From the NCBI GenBank assembly GCA_964452145.1, contig CAYVLA010000022.1, forward strand, positions 1 through 36,391: a stretch of DNA of 36,391 nucleotides, given 5' to 3'. The translations under genes were made by a program, and so were the position numbers. Below are positions 34,173 through 36,391 of the stretch, piece by piece (position 1 is the stretch's first letter; every line of letters begins with the position of its first letter). Source of the DNA: Candidatus Hadarchaeota archaeon. Its GTDB lineage: Archaea > CAYQAE01 > CAYVLA01. The notes under the pieces are model-generated. The model was not told where the DNA came from. It searched no databases and saw only the letters and a program-made list of their open reading frames with translations.

Positions 34173-34751
34173 ATGGCGGATGTGTATGTTCTCTGCGGTC
34201 AATCGGGCGTCGGGAAATCCACGGTCGCGTCCAGGGTTGCCGAGAGCAATCCTCATCTAACCGTTGTGAGCTTCGGGGAGAAGATCTTCGAACTTGCAAG
34301 AGGGGAGGGCCTCGTCGATGCCATAACCCAGCTTGAGCTTCTGACGCCCGAGGATGTCTCCAGGCTACAGATAAAGGCCACGCAGCAGGTCTCCAGGCTC
34401 CCTGGAAAGGTCCTCGTCGAGATGCATCTCACGGTCAAAACGCCGGCAGGTTTCATTGCCGGGATACCCAAGCGGATAATGAACCTCCTTAAACCGAGGC
34501 GAATCGTGCTGCTCGAGGCCGATCCGTACGAGGTGTTGCGTAGGAGGATAACGGGCAAGGAGGGTAAGAGCGAGGCGGAGTCGCTCAAGGACATCCAGGA
34601 ACACGCCTACTTCGACCGGGCGGCTGCCATATCCATCGCAATCGACATAGGGACCCCGATCAAGATCCTGAAGAACACCGATGTGGAGCAGACGGTCCAG
34701 CAGATCTTGACCCTTCTGGAACAGGACAAGGCGATTGGGCGGCGAACCTAG
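34173..34751 (+). CDS. adkA: Archaeal-type adenylate kinase homolog (divergent)
   Basis: P-loop GQSGVGKST, SFGE..FE.A..EGLV, LQ..A, H.TVKTPAGF..G.P, LEADP.E...RR, I.EH...R.AA. Confidence 0.8.
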   Translation: MADVYVLCGQSGVGKSTVASRVAESNPHLTVVSFGEKIFELARGEGLVDAITQLELLTPEDVSRLQIKATQQVSRLPGKVLVEMHLTVKTPAGFIAGIPKRIMNLLKPRRIVLLEADPYEVLRRRITGKEGKSEAESLKDIQEHAYFDRAAAISIAIDIGTPIKILKNTDVEQTVQQILTLLEQDKAIGRRT

Positions 34752-34785
34752 ATCAACCGCCCGACCTCGGTGACAGGGGACGCAC

Positions 34786-35349
34786 TCAACGGAGATGGTC
34801 AAGAAGGATCTTTACACCTATGGCTATGAGAACCACGCCCCCGGCGGTCTCGACGATGCTCTCAAAGACTCGGCCGATCCTGTGGCCAAGATAGACTCCG
34901 ATGAAGGAGAGAACGAAGGTCACCGTCCCGATTGTGACCAGGGCCATGATGAGCGGTATGTCGGCGAAGACAAAGGTGACCCCGGCTCCTAGGGCATCGA
35001 TGCTCGTGGCGACGGATAGCCCAAGCAGGGATGTGATGCTTGGAGGATCAGGCCGCTTGCCTTCCCGTCTCGTTGACTCGTAGATCATCTTGCATCCGAT
35101 GAAGGCTAGGAGGCAGAAGGCGATCCAGTGGTCGATGCCCGTGATGATGTAACTAAGGGCAAAGCCCGCCGACCAGCCGATGATCGGCATGCCAACCTGG
35201 AAGGATCCGAAAAATGCGGCGACCCTGAGCGCTTGGCTTCTGTCCGGTCGACCGATCGTCATTCCCGTTGCGATCGATACGGCCAAGGCATCCATGGCCA
35301 GACCAAATGCTATGAACCAGATGGTTACGATATGCAAGGACGGGAGCAT
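34786..35349 (-). CDS. mntP: Manganese efflux pump MntP family
   Basis: AFGLAMDALAVS, FGSFQVGMP.IGW, IDHWIAF.LL..IG.KMI, ATSIDAL, GG.VLI.IG.KIL.HL. Confidence 0.93.
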   Translation of the reverse strand: MLPSLHIVTIWFIAFGLAMDALAVSIATGMTIGRPDRSQALRVAAFFGSFQVGMPIIGWSAGFALSYIITGIDHWIAFCLLAFIGCKMIYESTRREGKRPDPPSITSLLGLSVATSIDALGAGVTFVFADIPLIMALVTIGTVTFVLSFIGVYLGHRIGRVFESIVETAGGVVLIAIGVKILLDHLR

Positions 35350-35548
35350 TCCTGGTGGTCGGTTGAAGATGGCTCTCCGCCGGGCGGGATAAATGTCTGT
35401 TCCAAGGGAGCTGCCCCGCCAGCCCCATTTTGAGCCCCCCTTGTGAGTCCGTCGATGCCAGGAGGGTCCGTAGCGATTCCGGTAGCCACTTCAGCAAGGT
35501 TTGGCACGGGCCTCGACCGGAGCGGTTCGTCGATGAACCGGCCGCCGC

Positions 35549-35560
35549 AATATATATATC
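35549..35560 (+). promoter_or_regulatory. Putative TATA box of the Vps62-like gene
   Basis: AATATATATATC lies about 30 nt upstream of ATG 35587. Confidence 0.6.
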
Positions 35561-35586
35561 AGAGGCAACAGCCCGCCTGGGGCGGA

Positions 35587-36372
35587 ATGCGCAGGATTCA
35601 ATGGGGCCTGTTGATGGTGGCTCTATGCTGCCTTCAGGGCCTGACCGGGGTCCAGGGCTATGAGGAGGATTTGAGCGAACATGATAGGGCTTCCCTGGCC
35701 CAGCGATTCGCTCCGGTGCTGCGTCTGGCCCCTGGGGAGATCTATCTACCCGTCGGCGTGGAGTACGCGCTGGAGAACTCCAATCTGAAGCTAGAAGAAG
35801 ATGGCGGCATCGTGGTGATCCAGGACCGGCCGACGGCAGAATCGATCTCCCGTTTTCAGGATGAGGACTCCAACTACTTTCTTGACAACATCCACGGCGG
35901 CATCGACGACAACGGCATCGCGAAACACTTCAGGCTGGTGCGAGACGACTACACGCCGACGGTGTATGCCAGGGTGATTGGCAGCGGCGAGGATGCCGTG
36001 GTGCAGTACTGGCTGTACTACCCCTTCAATGACGGGGCTCTCAACACCCATGAGGGCGATTGGGAGATGGTGCAGGTCATCGTGGAGGGCGGCGAGCCCG
36101 TCATGGCCGCCTATTCTCAGCACTTTTCGGGGCAGTGGGCGAGGTGGGAGGACGTCCTGCTGCGGAGAGACCACCCGATAGTCTATGTGGCTCGGGGCTC
36201 CCATGCCAACTACTTCCGCTCCTATCAGGGCGTTCTTGGGCTGCAGAACGACGTTGTGTCCGGATTAGGGCCCACCCTTGGTCCGGACGACTACCAGCTC
36301 GTGCTTCTGGGTGAGATGCACAGCCTCCCGCCCGAGCAGGCATGGCTGGGCTTTGTAGGCAGGTGGGGGTAG
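35587..36372 (+). CDS. Secreted Vps62-related (NPP1-like fold) protein, probably truncated or continuing past TAG 36370
   Basis: Signal peptide; FAPVL....E.YLP, QYWLYYPFN, HEGDWE, YSQH, HP.VYVA.GSHANY, WL.F.GRWG. After the TAG the frame continues WGEPGD to the window end. Confidence 0.85.
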   Translation: MRRIQWGLLMVALCCLQGLTGVQGYEEDLSEHDRASLAQRFAPVLRLAPGEIYLPVGVEYALENSNLKLEEDGGIVVIQDRPTAESISRFQDEDSNYFLDNIHGGIDDNGIAKHFRLVRDDYTPTVYARVIGSGEDAVVQYWLYYPFNDGALNTHEGDWEMVQVIVEGGEPVMAAYSQHFSGQWARWEDVLLRRDHPIVYVARGSHANYFRSYQGVLGLQNDVVSGLGPTLGPDDYQLVLLGEMHSLPPEQAWLGFVGRWG

Positions 36373-36391
36373 TGGGGAGAACCCGGGGACC

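Noticed and set aside
35350..35548. Possible yybP-ykoY Mn riboswitch upstream of mntP
   Set aside because: The expected GGGGAGTA / CGTCAAT / GAGAC-type elements were not seen, and a TATA-like TTTATC (~35388-35393) suggests a short leader.
1..36391. Genome-wide stop-codon reassignment or selenoproteins
   Set aside because: TAG and TGA both end genes at expected family C-termini, and no in-frame TGA at a Cys position was seen.

Overview
This is about 36 kb of GC-rich, gene-dense DNA that looks archaeal: TATA/BRE-like boxes, a GGAGGTGA Shine-Dalgarno site, an AdkA-type kinase, DUF116 and Zn-ribbon proteins. The exact lineage cannot be fixed from the sequence alone. Most genes suggest glycan and sugar use: GH2-like, clan-A GH39/GH5-like, a propeller-GH9 fusion, DUF5696-like, sulfatase, PHP hydrolase, SDR epimerase, MDR dehydrogenase, cupin, ketose 3-epimerase, MFS transporter and beta-propellers. 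The most striking structure is four dispersed, divergent paralogs of a roughly 410-aa protein with a signal peptide, a glutamine-amidotransferase-like (DUF1355-like) head, a helical stalk and a strongly conserved C-terminal TM/basic tail. Two of the four are followed directly by paralogous partner genes, so the pair is a repeated module. Also notable are a 24-25 aa Lys/Ala/Pro peptide gene missed by the ORF track, with its own promoter, SD and terminator inside a palindrome-rich island; a GH9 whose DAGD motif reads CAGI within a codon-usage patch; a degenerate stand-alone adenylate kinase; and a suspicious amber codon in a Vps62-like gene at the window end. No rRNA, tRNA, CRISPR array or mobile element was recognised. 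All family calls come from motif recognition by eye, not database searches.
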